This document shows, piece after piece, positions 1 to 10,600 of a stretch of DNA of 64,000 bases. Origin of the DNA: Hyaloraphidium curvatum SAG 235-1 (taxonomy: Eukaryota; Fungi; Monoblepharomycota). The notes below the pieces were generated by a model. It did no database searches and had not been told where the DNA came from. It saw nothing but the letters and a program-made list of their open reading frames with translations. The stretch covers positions 248,001 through 312,000 of the forward strand of contig JAIVFI010000015.1 of NCBI GenBank assembly GCA_025558095.1. The letters are read 5' to 3'. Position 1 is the stretch's first letter. Every line of letters starts with the position of its first letter. Made by a program: the position numbers and the translations under genes.

Positions 1-397
1 CGTCCCGGTGGACGACGACCGCGGAACCCAGGGCGCCCAGGGCGCGGCTGCACCATCCGTCGGGGCTGCCGTATCCGTCGTCCCCGTAGATCGCCTTGTG
101 GATCGGCCCGCACTCGAGGTACGGCGTTGAGGACGTCCCGGTCGCGGCGAGGCCGTCGCAGCAGGTCCGGTCTCCGGCGACGACACAGGCCTGGCTGTCG
201 ATGCTCATACAGGCCGAGTTGCCCCAGGGCGTGAGCTTAACCGGCAGCCATCCTCCGTTTGCCGCGATGCAGGTCCAGCCGGAGCCGGCAAAGACGGGCC
301 CGCCCGCCGGTGCCACGCACACGGGGCCGGCGGCGACGAGCGCGGCGGGTGCCACGCAGGCGGCGGCAACAGCAGCGAGCGCAGCAGGAAGCCGCAT
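1..397 (-). CDS. Secreted Cys-rich protein, N-terminal part (runs off the window start)
   Basis: Manual translation from ATG 397: MRLPAALAAVAAACVAPAALVAAG (signal peptide)...WTCIAANGGWLPVKLTPWGNSACMSIDSQACV...CCDG...LECGPIHKAIYGDDGYGSPDGWC. Open to position 1. Confidence 0.7.
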   Translation of the reverse strand, partial: MRLPAALAAVAAACVAPAALVAAGPVCVAPAGGPVFAGSGWTCIAANGGWLPVKLTPWGNSACMSIDSQACVVAGDRTCCDGLAATGTSSTPYLECGPIHKAIYGDDGYGSPDGWCSRALGALGSAVVVHRD

Positions 398-518
398 CGT
401 TCGAGTGGGCCGTTTGGATTTCGAAGGGGGATTCGCGGGTTTAAAAGCGCCCGCGTCCGCAGCCTCGCTCAGCCCGATCGACCGGCCGCACGCGTCGACT
501 CCAACGCGGACCGACGAA

Positions 519-1476
519 ATGGCGCTGCAGGAGTTCTTCACGGAGTGCTCGCGCGCTCTGGACGACAATGTAGCGGTCCCCGTGGCGCACGGGCCGTGGC
601 CGTTCCTGTTGCGGTCCTGACGCGTCCGCCCGCCGCAGAACGACCGGCGCGAGCGCATCATCAAGCAGTCGCGCGACGTGACGATCCTCAGCAAGCGCAT
701 GATCTTCCTGCTGCACCGGTGCGTTGCCGCCCCCCAATCCCCCGATTCGGTGTTGAGACGCGTCCGCCCCCAGCGCGACGCCGCAGACGCTGCCCGCCGT
801 GCTCGCCGAGGCCGCCGAGAAGCAGGCCGAGCTGCTCTCCCTCATCCGCGCGCTGCGCCCCGAGCTGACCGGCCAGCGGCTGTTCCGCCACCACCGCTCC
901 GTCGCGGGCGGCGTGGAGGAGTTCGTCGAGGCGGCAACCTTCCTGCGCTACGCCTCGCACGGCCGCGTGCCGTCCTTCGCTGAGATGCGCGCCGAGTTCG
1001 AGGCCGCAACGGGCATGCCGCTCGGCGCCGTGGACTACCTGACCGGCCTGGGCGACCTCACGGGGGAGCTCATGCGCGCGTGCCTCAACGCGGCGGCGAG
1101 GTCCGACGCGCAGGCGGCCGTGCGCGCGTGCGAGGCCGTGCGGGACATCGAGCGGGCGTATCCCGTCGCCGAATTGGCAGCGGCGGGGTGCCTGGGGGGG
1201 TACGGGGTGAGGAAAAAGGTGGACGAGATGCGGAACAGCGTGCGCAAGTGCGAGGCCGCGTGCGCGGCGCTGCGGCTGAGGGGGATGGAGAAGGTGCCCG
1301 GCAGGGTGATGGGGCTCGTCGAGGAGGAGGAGGAGGAGGGCGAGGCGGAGGTTCCGAGGCCGGCGAGCGCGCCGAGGGCGCGGGGAGGCTCGGCCGCACG
1401 GGGGCGCGGGCGGGGACGCGGGCGGGGAGACCGCGGGGACAATCCGGCTCCGATGGAGGACGTAGAGACAGGGTGA
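519..1476 (+). CDS. TSNAX: Translin-associated factor X (TRAX, C3PO nuclease subunit), 2 introns
   Basis: Spliced MALQEFFTECSRALDDN / DRRERIIKQSRDVTILSKRMIFLLHR / ...EEFVEAATF...DYLTGLGDLTGELMRACLN...RKKVDEM match translin/TRAX motifs. Confidence 0.85.
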
Positions 1477-1583
1477 ATTCAACGAAAAGCTGCCATCTGA
1501 GCTTTGAACTCTTCCTTTCCCCGGGTATCGCCTGCGAAGAAACCGGCAAAGTCCTGGCGCACCAAGCTCTGCGCCTCGGAGCC

Positions 1584-3719
1584 TCAGAGCCCCAGGTCGT
1601 CGTAGTCGCCATCTTCCCCGTCATTAGCCGCCCAGCCGTCCCCACCGTAGTCTTCTTCCACCACGTCTTCCTCCTCCGCCCTCCCCGCCCTCCTCCCCGG
1701 CCCCAGCCCGAGCAGCTCCAACACATCCGAATCGCACCAGCTCCTCTCCCCCTCCCTCGCCCTCTCCCGATCCCCGCACCATCCCCCCTCCTCTTCCCCC
1801 TCGGCCTCGACCCGGATCACCGGCATCGCCGGCAGCCTGTGGTCCGCGGGCTCCGCGAACGGCCTGTACCTTCCCGCCAAGTCCGCGTGCTCCACCTCGA
1901 CCGTCCCCCCCGCGCGCGTGGCAAAGTGCCACACGGGCCGCTCGCCGCCCGAGGGCAGGGCGACGGGGAGCAGCGCCCATTCCTCGCCCGTGATGCGGAG
2001 CGTGCGGCGTTCTGTGAAGGAGTCCGGGGGGAGGGCGGAGGCGGCGGCGGAGGTGATGACGGCGCCGTCGCTGTTGCGGATGAGCTCGAGCTCCTGGTAG
2101 ATGGAGGTGAGCCAGAGATAGCTGATGCGGGGGGTCCCGGGCTCGGGCTTGAGGCGGATCTGTGGGTCCCGAAGGTAACCTTTGAGGTGAGAAGTAGATC
2201 CCACCGAGAGCCGCGCGTCGACCCACCAGGTCACCCCTTCGCAGGAAATCGCTACCGAGCCACAGCCCCTTGTAGTGGTTCAGCTTTTCCATCTTGTCGA
2301 TCCACGCCCTCGCCTCCTCCGTCAGGTCGTCCACGCTCCCCGTGTGGTACCAAGCGTAGCACTCGCTCGGCCTCGCCCTCCCCGCCAGGTTGGCCGCCAT
2401 CGCCACCGCCCTCGTCAGCGCAGCGCGCGCGCTCAGCCTCGGTTCCGGCTCCGGCGCCGGGGGCTGGTGCTCCAGGTACGGCCGCAGCGGCGCCTCGGGG
2501 ACCGGGAACAGGTGGCCGTCCGTTGCGAGGGGGTGCACCTGGTACGAGTAGCGCGGGGCGCCGGCGTCCACGCGGGCGAAGCGCTGGATGATGCGGCACG
2601 GCCAGAGGGGAGTCGGATCGTCGGGCGACGACGAGGAGGAAGAAGCACTGGCGGCGGGCGCGGTGCCGTCGTGCGGGAGGATGCACCATTCGGCGCCCTT
2701 GGCGGTGCAGCTTCCCCCCTCGTCGGCCCCCTCGTCCGCGTCCGCGATCCGCATCCTCAGCCAGACAATCTCGCCCACCCGCCAGCGGGGCACCACGGAT
2801 TCTGCCGCGCGGCCGGGCTGGTAGTACTTGAGGTCGACCTTCTTCTCGTAATTCGAGTCCGGGTTGACGGGCAGCGCCGAGACAAGGGTCTGCTTCGAGG
2901 GGGCCAGACCTTTTTCCAGCTTCTTGAGGTACGGGCCGCAGTATTTGCAGGCGCAGTTGGCGTGGTCCAGGGTGGGATCGGTGTAGAGCCACACGAGATG
3001 GGGGAGGAACTCCTCGCAGGACCTGGCGTGCAGCCCGCGCATGAGCAGCTGCAATGGCACCGTTCCCGAGCAACCCACCGTATTCTCTGGTTCGACGGAT
3101 GCCCGAAAACGTAGGGATCGACGCGCATTTTCTCCTTGGACGTGCGAGCGGCGGGCGTCGAGTGGGTGAGGTCCTTATCCTTCTTGATGACGGGCACCGA
3201 GACGACCTGCGCGATCTTTATGCCAGCCCCCTTGGTGAAATGGTGCTGGAAGAGCGCATAGCCCTCGGGGAACGCCTGCAGCACCACCCTGTTCTTCGCG
3301 GCGGCGTCGTTGGCGGCCTTGGTGGAACCGAACAGCGCCGCGGCCAGCGCGGGGTTTTTTGCGGCCTCCTTGGTCAGCAAGCCGCCCAGACGCTCCAGCC
3401 AATTGGCGGCCAGCGGATCCGACGGCGGCAGCGGGCCGGCGTAGTAGTGGTATCCCGTTCCGGCGCCTCCCTCGACGGCGGCCGTGTTCTGGAGGTCCGT
3501 CGGCCAGTGCACGTCCGCGCCGTCGGAGCGCGGCGTCCTCGCGAGTTCCTTTGCCGGCCGCGTGTCGGTTGCCCTTTTGCGTGGCGTGGGGGCGGGGGAG
3601 ACGGAGGGCGCGGCCTTCTTGGGCTTCGCGCGCTGCGGCCGGCTCTTTCCCCTCTGCGGCGCATCCGACGCGTCCGACGCGTCCGCATCCGACTCGCGCG
3701 CGGCTTTGCGCTTCGGCAT
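1584..3719 (-). CDS. Cryptic loci regulator 2 (Clr2)-like silencing protein, multi-exon
   Basis: Start MPKRKAA at 3719. FPEGYALF...DPYVFGHPS...R/SCEEFLPHLVWL...CACKYC is the Clr2 N-terminal signature, followed by WRVGEIVW, YKGLWLGSD, LAGRY and an acidic tail. Confidence 0.75.
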
Positions 3720-3913
3720 CGCGGCAGCGGGCGCTTCGGCCGGCGGTTGCCGGGGTGAGGTGTCGATCGACCGGGCAGTTGAATTCAAGCAGCCTTGAAT
3801 AGCTTTTCCGTTTTTTTTCATGGAATCCGTCGCGACCTTAGCGAGCGAGACCCAGGCGAAAATTTGGAGATTCGCGCCGAACGGGATATCTTGCGCTCGT
3901 CTCCCGCGCCCCC

Positions 3914-6799
3914 ATGGCGGAGGCCCCGTCGCTCTCGGCGCTGGCACCGACCGAGGCCCCGGTCATCGTCGACCGCGCGTCGCGGCTGGCCAGCGTGGGC
4001 ATCTCGGAGCCGCGCTACACCGATGCGCCCGCCTCCCTCGCCGAGGCCTTGGAGCCCGCGGCCGGGCAGCTCGGCCACCACTCGATCCCGCACGCGCTCG
4101 AGGACGTCGTCTTTGCCCCGGGCTTCGTGCCAATATGCCGCCAGACGCCCGAGGCCCGCGAGGCGTGGATCGCGGAGCACTGGACGCCGTTCCTCGCGAA
4201 GCTGGACGCCGAACTGGCCGAAGTGAAGCGCCGCTCCGCCGCCGGATATCGTCCGGAGGAGCGTATGCCGTCGCAGGACGACATGAGAGCCTTCACTGCA
4301 GCGTGCTACCGCCTGACCGCCGTCTGGTACGGCGTGCCCAATGTGTGCTGTGTGTACCAGTTCCTCATCGCCTGCTCCGAAACGGCGGGCATCGAGACGG
4401 TGTACCGGGTGGAGGACATTCCGCAGCGCCGCTCCGACGACGGCTTCATACTGGGCCTCGACGGGAAATCAAGGGCCGGCGCCTACGCCATCGCGGACAG
4501 GCTCTACGCGGACCTCCTGCAGCGCGGAACCATGGAGCAGCGCGCTGGGGCCAACGACATCGACACCACGCTGCTGCCCAACGTCGTCACGGCGACAAAG
4601 GCCAAGGTGCTCCTGGGCTCGCAGGTCGCCCGCAACTTCGTCGTCAAGTCGATCAAGTCGCTGCAGCGGACCATGCTGCGGCGGCTGGGCGCCGTGCTGG
4701 GCATGCCGACTGACGACGGCGCCGCTAGCTCGATCCTGTCGCTCGGGCCGGAGGAGCTGCGCGCGGTGCTGGCCGCGGTCACGGACGAAGAGCTGCACCG
4801 CGCCCAGATCCGGAGGGACAATGTTGTTTTCGCCGCCCTGATCCGCCGCGGGGCGCCGCTCGAGAACTGGGGACAGATGGATGCAGGGCTCCAGAAGCGC
4901 ATACAGCAGTACGTGGAGTTGGAGATCCTGGCCAATGCCGAGGAGGAGGAAGTCGCCGCGCGGACGTCTTCGGGCACGTCGTGGGGCACCCCCGCGCCCG
5001 CCTCACCAGAGGCCTCCCCGCAGGATGCAGCATCGCCCGATTCCGCGGATGCCGCGCACGGCGACAACGTGGCCGCCCCGACGGCACATCCGCCCGCGCA
5101 CCAGCTCCAAAAGCTGATTACGGGATGGGACCGACACTTCCCCGAGTCGGACGTCGTCGAGGACGCTGTGCAGGCCACGAGCCCGACCTCGTACGGTGGT
5201 CCCGGCCCGGCCGACGGGTCGCCGTCTGCCGCGACGGGATCCTCGTCGCACCTGCAGCTTCCCACCATCTCCTTCTCCTCCGAGGACGGCCGCAACACCA
5301 TCGGCTGGCCCGTGCCCAAGACGGAACCCGAATCACTCCCCGGCGAGCCCGGAACGACCGAGGAATCCTTTTCCAGCGACCACCGTCCCGCGGACGGCCG
5401 CGTTTCACCCTCCACCCCATCCACGCTGCTGCCGCGCGCCACGAGCACGCACGCCCGCTTCTCCCCCACCCTGGGTCCCCTCTTCTCTGAGTTCGTCGCA
5501 TGGGTGCACGAGTTTCCCGGCCGCTACTTCCACGACGACGAGGAAGAGCATCGGAGGCTTCTCATCCTGGGGATGTGGACCGATCAGCTCGCCGTGCTCC
5601 GCCGCAAGCTCGTGGAGAAGCTCACGCTATACCGGTACATCTCCTTGCACTGGTGGCGCGCGCACGACAGCTTCGTGGCCCTGGACGGCGGCGGAACGAG
5701 GGTCATCAGGCCAAAGGGGAGCCGGGAGCACTCGCGTTTCCGCAAGAACGCGTTCCCGTACGCCCGGCTGCACGGGATGGGGCTGCTCTCGGGGGGCATC
5801 GACTCGAGCCTGTTCCACGGGCAGACGCACCGGCAGAGCAGGATGCTCTACGAACTCGGGGCGTACCTTGATCCGGGCGCCAAGGCGCCCAACTGGTGGA
5901 ACACCGACATCGAGAAGATCGTCGTCGAGGCCATGCACGGCTCGCCGACCGAGACGCTGGACCGGCTGCTCCCGCGCGACGCGTACCTGAACGTGGGTCA
6001 GAACCCCAAGATCGGCTCGTCGATTGGCGCGACGCTGCACACCCACGTGACCGCGGGCTCCGTGCTCTCCTTCCCGGTCTACTGCCTCATCAACCGCCCC
6101 GCATTCTGCCCCGCCGTGGACGCCGAGGTTGACCTGGTGCAGGTCGGAAGCAGCGAGGACGCTTTCTTCGTCAAGCTGCATGTGGCCGCCGAGTCGGACC
6201 CCGTGACTTGCGGCGCGGTGGGGTTCCTCATCTCCCTGCGCCGGAAGCTGGTGGCGGTCGGCGGCAGGGAGGTGGATTTCGTGTGCCGCGCGCTGCCGAG
6301 CCCCGTCAGGGGCGGGCTGTATATGATCCTGATCGTACTCGGGGATCTGAGGGAAGACAAGGCTCTCGGGGCGTGCGTTAACAACCAGACAGGGGAGAAC
6401 ACGTTGTCGCCTGAGTTTCCCGTGACCAACTTTGACCTCTCGATCTCGGGCGGCGGGATTCTTGGTAAGCTTCGGGGTCGACGGGCGGTCCCGAAGATTT
6501 TTCTGACTTTCCCTGCACCAGTCAAGGCGGCGGAACGCTGGGAAGCGGCGCTTGAGGGCAGACCCGCACTGGATCGACTCTACGACTTTATGCGCTTCCC
6601 CGGGGCACGAAAGATCGTCGCAGAGGCGTGCCGCGAGGTCGGCTACACGGACCCCGCGAACGGGCGGAGCGAGAGCGCGGATCCGGGGGCGGAGGTTGCG
6701 GAAACGCTGGCGAAGCTGTCGAAGCTGGGCTGGGAGGCGGCGTCCGATGCGGGCACTGCCGCGAACGGCACAGCTCCCGGTGCTTCAGAAAGCAAATAG
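3914..6799 (+). CDS. Uncharacterised 961-aa intronless protein; C-terminal half weakly resembles the HIT/GalT-like nucleotidyltransferase fold
   Basis: Long clean ORF with GC3-biased codons and a central S/P-rich linker. Motifs KNAFPYARLH and LNVGQNPKIGSSIGATLHTH. Confidence 0.75.
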   Translation: MAEAPSLSALAPTEAPVIVDRASRLASVGISEPRYTDAPASLAEALEPAAGQLGHHSIPHALEDVVFAPGFVPICRQTPEAREAWIAEHWTPFLAKLDAELAEVKRRSAAGYRPEERMPSQDDMRAFTAACYRLTAVWYGVPNVCCVYQFLIACSETAGIETVYRVEDIPQRRSDDGFILGLDGKSRAGAYAIADRLYADLLQRGTMEQRAGANDIDTTLLPNVVTATKAKVLLGSQVARNFVVKSIKSLQRTMLRRLGAVLGMPTDDGAASSILSLGPEELRAVLAAVTDEELHRAQIRRDNVVFAALIRRGAPLENWGQMDAGLQKRIQQYVELEILANAEEEEVAARTSSGTSWGTPAPASPEASPQDAASPDSADAAHGDNVAAPTAHPPAHQLQKLITGWDRHFPESDVVEDAVQATSPTSYGGPGPADGSPSAATGSSSHLQLPTISFSSEDGRNTIGWPVPKTEPESLPGEPGTTEESFSSDHRPADGRVSPSTPSTLLPRATSTHARFSPTLGPLFSEFVAWVHEFPGRYFHDDEEEHRRLLILGMWTDQLAVLRRKLVEKLTLYRYISLHWWRAHDSFVALDGGGTRVIRPKGSREHSRFRKNAFPYARLHGMGLLSGGIDSSLFHGQTHRQSRMLYELGAYLDPGAKAPNWWNTDIEKIVVEAMHGSPTETLDRLLPRDAYLNVGQNPKIGSSIGATLHTHVTAGSVLSFPVYCLINRPAFCPAVDAEVDLVQVGSSEDAFFVKLHVAAESDPVTCGAVGFLISLRRKLVAVGGREVDFVCRALPSPVRGGLYMILIVLGDLREDKALGACVNNQTGENTLSPEFPVTNFDLSISGGGILGKLRGRRAVPKIFLTFPAPVKAAERWEAALEGRPALDRLYDFMRFPGARKIVAEACREVGYTDPANGRSESADPGAEVAETLAKLSKLGWEAASDAGTAANGTAPGASESK

Positions 6800-7050
6800 C
6801 ATTCCAGCGAGGCAACACGCCTTCGGATTGGCTCGACTATTCCTTCACCAATCCCCTTGACGCCTACACATCGATCTCGTCGTCCGTCACCAGGCTCATT
6901 GCCTTAAGCCGCTCCACGGACCCAGAGATGGCACAAGGTTCTCGCGATGGACTGGCCGTCTGTGCCCTGGCGATGACCGTTTTCATCGAGCCCCATGTGC
7001 CGAACCCACCGGAGGATCGGGTTGCAGGAAGCCTGCCTGCCAGGCCTCGA
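6794..7050 (-). pseudogene. Decayed partial duplicate of the Sec9-like gene (3' coding part and 3' flank)
   Basis: AISGSVERLKAMSLVTDDEID here vs AISGSVARLKAMSLVMNDEID in the intact gene (~16470-16535). The flank aaatagcattcc..ggcaacacg..cgacta.t.cttcacc matches 16325-16368. Internal deletions are present. Confidence 0.8.
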
Positions 7051-7614
7051 TGTGCGCCGTCCTTTTTCCCGCCCATAACCCCCGACTGGTGCCCCTAGGT
7101 CGACGTCATTCCCGTCAGGGACCGACCGCGCCGACCAGGGCAGGGCGGGGCTGGAGAGTCGCCCCCTTGCCCCCGCCTTGGCCCCCGCTGCTCCGCGCAC
7201 CGCGATCCCTATTTTAATGCGCATGCCGAGCAATCCCAGCAGTGGTAATGTGCTGGGCCCGGCGCGGGGCCGTTTGGCCAGGGCATGCGTGTGCGGCGAG
7301 GCGGCGGAAAGGGTGCTTAGTCATTACATCTCGGCAATACCATGCCGCGGAGCGCGGCCCCCGCTGGATGCGTTCCCTCGGGCCGGTACAGCCGATTGAC
7401 AAGCACGCGGCCCGTATTCAGCCTGGTATGCACCCGAAGAGCACGGCGAAGCGGTTCAGGCGCCCCTGCCGACTGTCGGCCTGGCTTAACGGGCTGGGGT
7501 GCCGACAAGGATAGGGACCAAGGATCCCAAATCCGGCGCGTTGTCCTGAATCCACCAGCAACGCCGGCATATTCGGGCCTGAAGAATCCGCGATACCGCC
7601 CCACCGCATTTCCA

Positions 7615-10600
7615 ATGGAGGCGGTCGCTCGCCCGGCGAAACCGCCGGAACGCGCCGCGCCTCACCGCACCGGGCGTCCGCGCCGGACGCCGTCCCTCAT
7701 CGGGGTCGCCGCCCTCCTGCTCCTCCTCTCCGCGACCATCGCGGTCGCCGGCGCTCAGCTCCAGACCTACGATCGCACCCCTGTTGCCCGCTCCTCCTCT
7801 TCATTCGTGCGGGGCGAAACCTGGTAAGCACGCTCGGTTCCCTGTGGCGTCACATCTGACTCGCCGCGGCCAGCTGCGCCGGGTGCTCGTACGACACAGG
7901 ATGCTGTTGCCCCAGGGTATATAAAATGCAACGTACCAAGACTGTCACTTCCACCTCTGTCACGACCCACCGGCGCACGCGTACCCATGTGAGAAAAGTC
8001 ACCACCATCGTCACCGTGACTGCGCGGCGCTTGTGGGGCCGCAGCGCACCAGTGGTCGTGCGCGAGACCAGAAGCTGGCCGGTCCCTCGAGAGGATGCCG
8101 GCAGGAACGCCACCGTTCCCCGACGGGTCGCCAGATCACAGCCCGAGCCATACACGCCCGACGAAGAACCCATCCGAGATCCCATCCAGACCTCGCACCA
8201 CCTCTTTGCCCGCCACCTCTGCCCTGTATGCCCCGCCGGGGTCGTGCCCGCCCGATCCGGGGCAGGAGGCAGCCCCTGCTGCCCGCGCACGACGATCTGG
8301 AGGACCTCGACCGCGGTCCGCAGGCGGACGACGACCGTATACACCACCAGGACGCGCAGAGTGACCACCACGAGCACTTTCACGAGCACAGTCGGGGCAG
8401 TGGGTTGCCGTTTCCGCGGGTGCCTCCGCTCGTGCCTAACGCGATCCCGGAAAGAAAAACGCGGTGCAGGGACAGGCGAGAGCAGTCCCTAGAAACGTTG
8501 TTGTGCACTGATCTGATTGATCCCTCGTCTCCACAGATCTGGTATGATGACGACAATGACGGCCTCTTCGACCCCACGCACGACCGCCCGATCGCCGGAC
8601 AGATCGTCTACGTCCTGCAGGTCGACGACGTCACCGGAAGCACTGTCATCGTCGCAACCGGGGTCACGGATGGCAACGGGCACTACGACATCGATGCGCC
8701 CCAGCTGCCCCCCAGGGTGCGCTGCCGCATCACGCTCAACGACCCGGCCAACAACCCTGTGGGGAACCCCATGGTGGGTGGCGATGCTGCGATGCTTCTT
8801 CTGCCTTGCTGATCTGATCTGGATCAAGACCAATTCCTCGGGCAGCTTCAACAATCTGGTCCCAATCCCGCCGTCAGCACAGCCTCCGCAGGTACGTTCC
8901 CCCGCGCGCACAGACGCGTCGTCTGACTGGTAATCCGCCACAGCTCACCGTCAGAAGTTTCGTCGATGCTTGTGCCGCGCGCAGGAGGGCGAGTGGCGCC
9001 GGAACCGTCACCATCGCGGGCGACGGCGCGCGCGCCCTCGCGACGGTCGTGCTCTCCTCGTCGGGCGCCAAAATCGCCGAAACGACCTCTGATGCTGGCG
9101 GATCGTGGAGATTTGTCATTTCCACGTCGAGCCTCCCCGGAGTGGGCGGCCAGACGCCGTTTGAAGTGCACCAGCTGGACCCGCACGGCCTGCCTTCACA
9201 ACCGGTGGCGGCCGGGTGAGTTCCGGGCGCGATTCCGGGGCGCTGCGACCTCTGCTGACGTGCGTTTCAGTGTCGCGACTTGCCCCGTGCGGACCACGAC
9301 GGGATCGGCCACGCGCACGCCGACGCCCGTGCCCGGAGGGAACGTTGGCGGCCGCGTTTACGTCGAGGAGACCGAAAAGCCGGGCGTACCCGGCGTCACC
9401 ATCCAAATAACTGGAATCGCTGCCAACGGAACCACCGTCAGCGTGACGACAATCACCGTGACGGATGGGAACTACACCTTCCTCAATCTGCCGCCCGGCA
9501 CGTACGCCATCACGGAGCTCGTGCCCAGTGGTTACATGCCTTCGCCGAACCACCCGGCGATCGTCATCGATCCGATCATCGTCACTATTGGTGGATCTTT
9601 AGGCGGAAACGACTTTGTTCTCGTGCGGGCGAGCACGACGTCGGCTAGCTCGGTGAGGGGATTGTTTGGGAGCGCGGAAACGGGCGCTGATTGGTCTTCA
9701 GACCGTCCTCTTGACGTCGACGGCCGCGCCGACCACGACAAGCCTGCCCTTGGGAGCCATCTCCGGCCGCGTCTTCGTCGACACGACAGGCCAGCCCGGG
9801 GTCGCCGGCGTCACCATCCAGCTCACGGGGACGGCGTCGAACGGCAGCGCCATCAGCTTGGCGACGGTCACCTTGGCGGACGGCAGCTACGCCTTCCCGG
9901 ACCTGCCCGACGGCACCTACACGGTCACCGAGATCGTACCGGACGGCTACTCGCCGTCGTCCAACTTCCCCAACAGCGTCATCACGCCCGTCGTTATCGC
10001 GGCTGGTGCATCGTCTGGCGGAAACGACTTCGGCCTCGTGCAAACCAGCAGCACTACGTACGCTACCTCGGTGAGCAGATTGACGGGAAGCGCGGGAACC
10101 TGGCGCTGAATTGTCCTGCAGACCGTTCTCTTGACCTCGACTGCCGCGCCGACGACGACGAGCCTTCCCGGAGGAACCATCTCCGGCCGCGTGTTCGTCG
10201 ACACGACAGGCCAGCCCGGGGTCGCCGGCGTCACCATCCAGCTCACGGGGACGGCGTCGAACGGCAGCGCCATCAGCTTGGCGACGGTCACCTTGGCGGA
10301 CGGCAGCTACGCCTTCCCGGACCTGCCCGACGGCACCTACACGGTCACCGAGATCGTACCGGACGGCTACTCGCCGTCGTCCAACTTCCCCAACAGCGTC
10401 ATCACGCCCGTCGTTATCGCGGCTGGTGCATCGTCTGGCGGAAACGACTTCGGCCTCGTGCAAACCAGCAGCACTACGTACGCTACCTCGGTGAGCAGAT
10501 TGACGGGAAGCGCGGGAACCTGGCGCTGAATTGTCCTGCAGACCGTTCTCTTGACCTCGACTGCCGCGCCGACGACGACGAGCCTTCCCGGAGGAACCAT

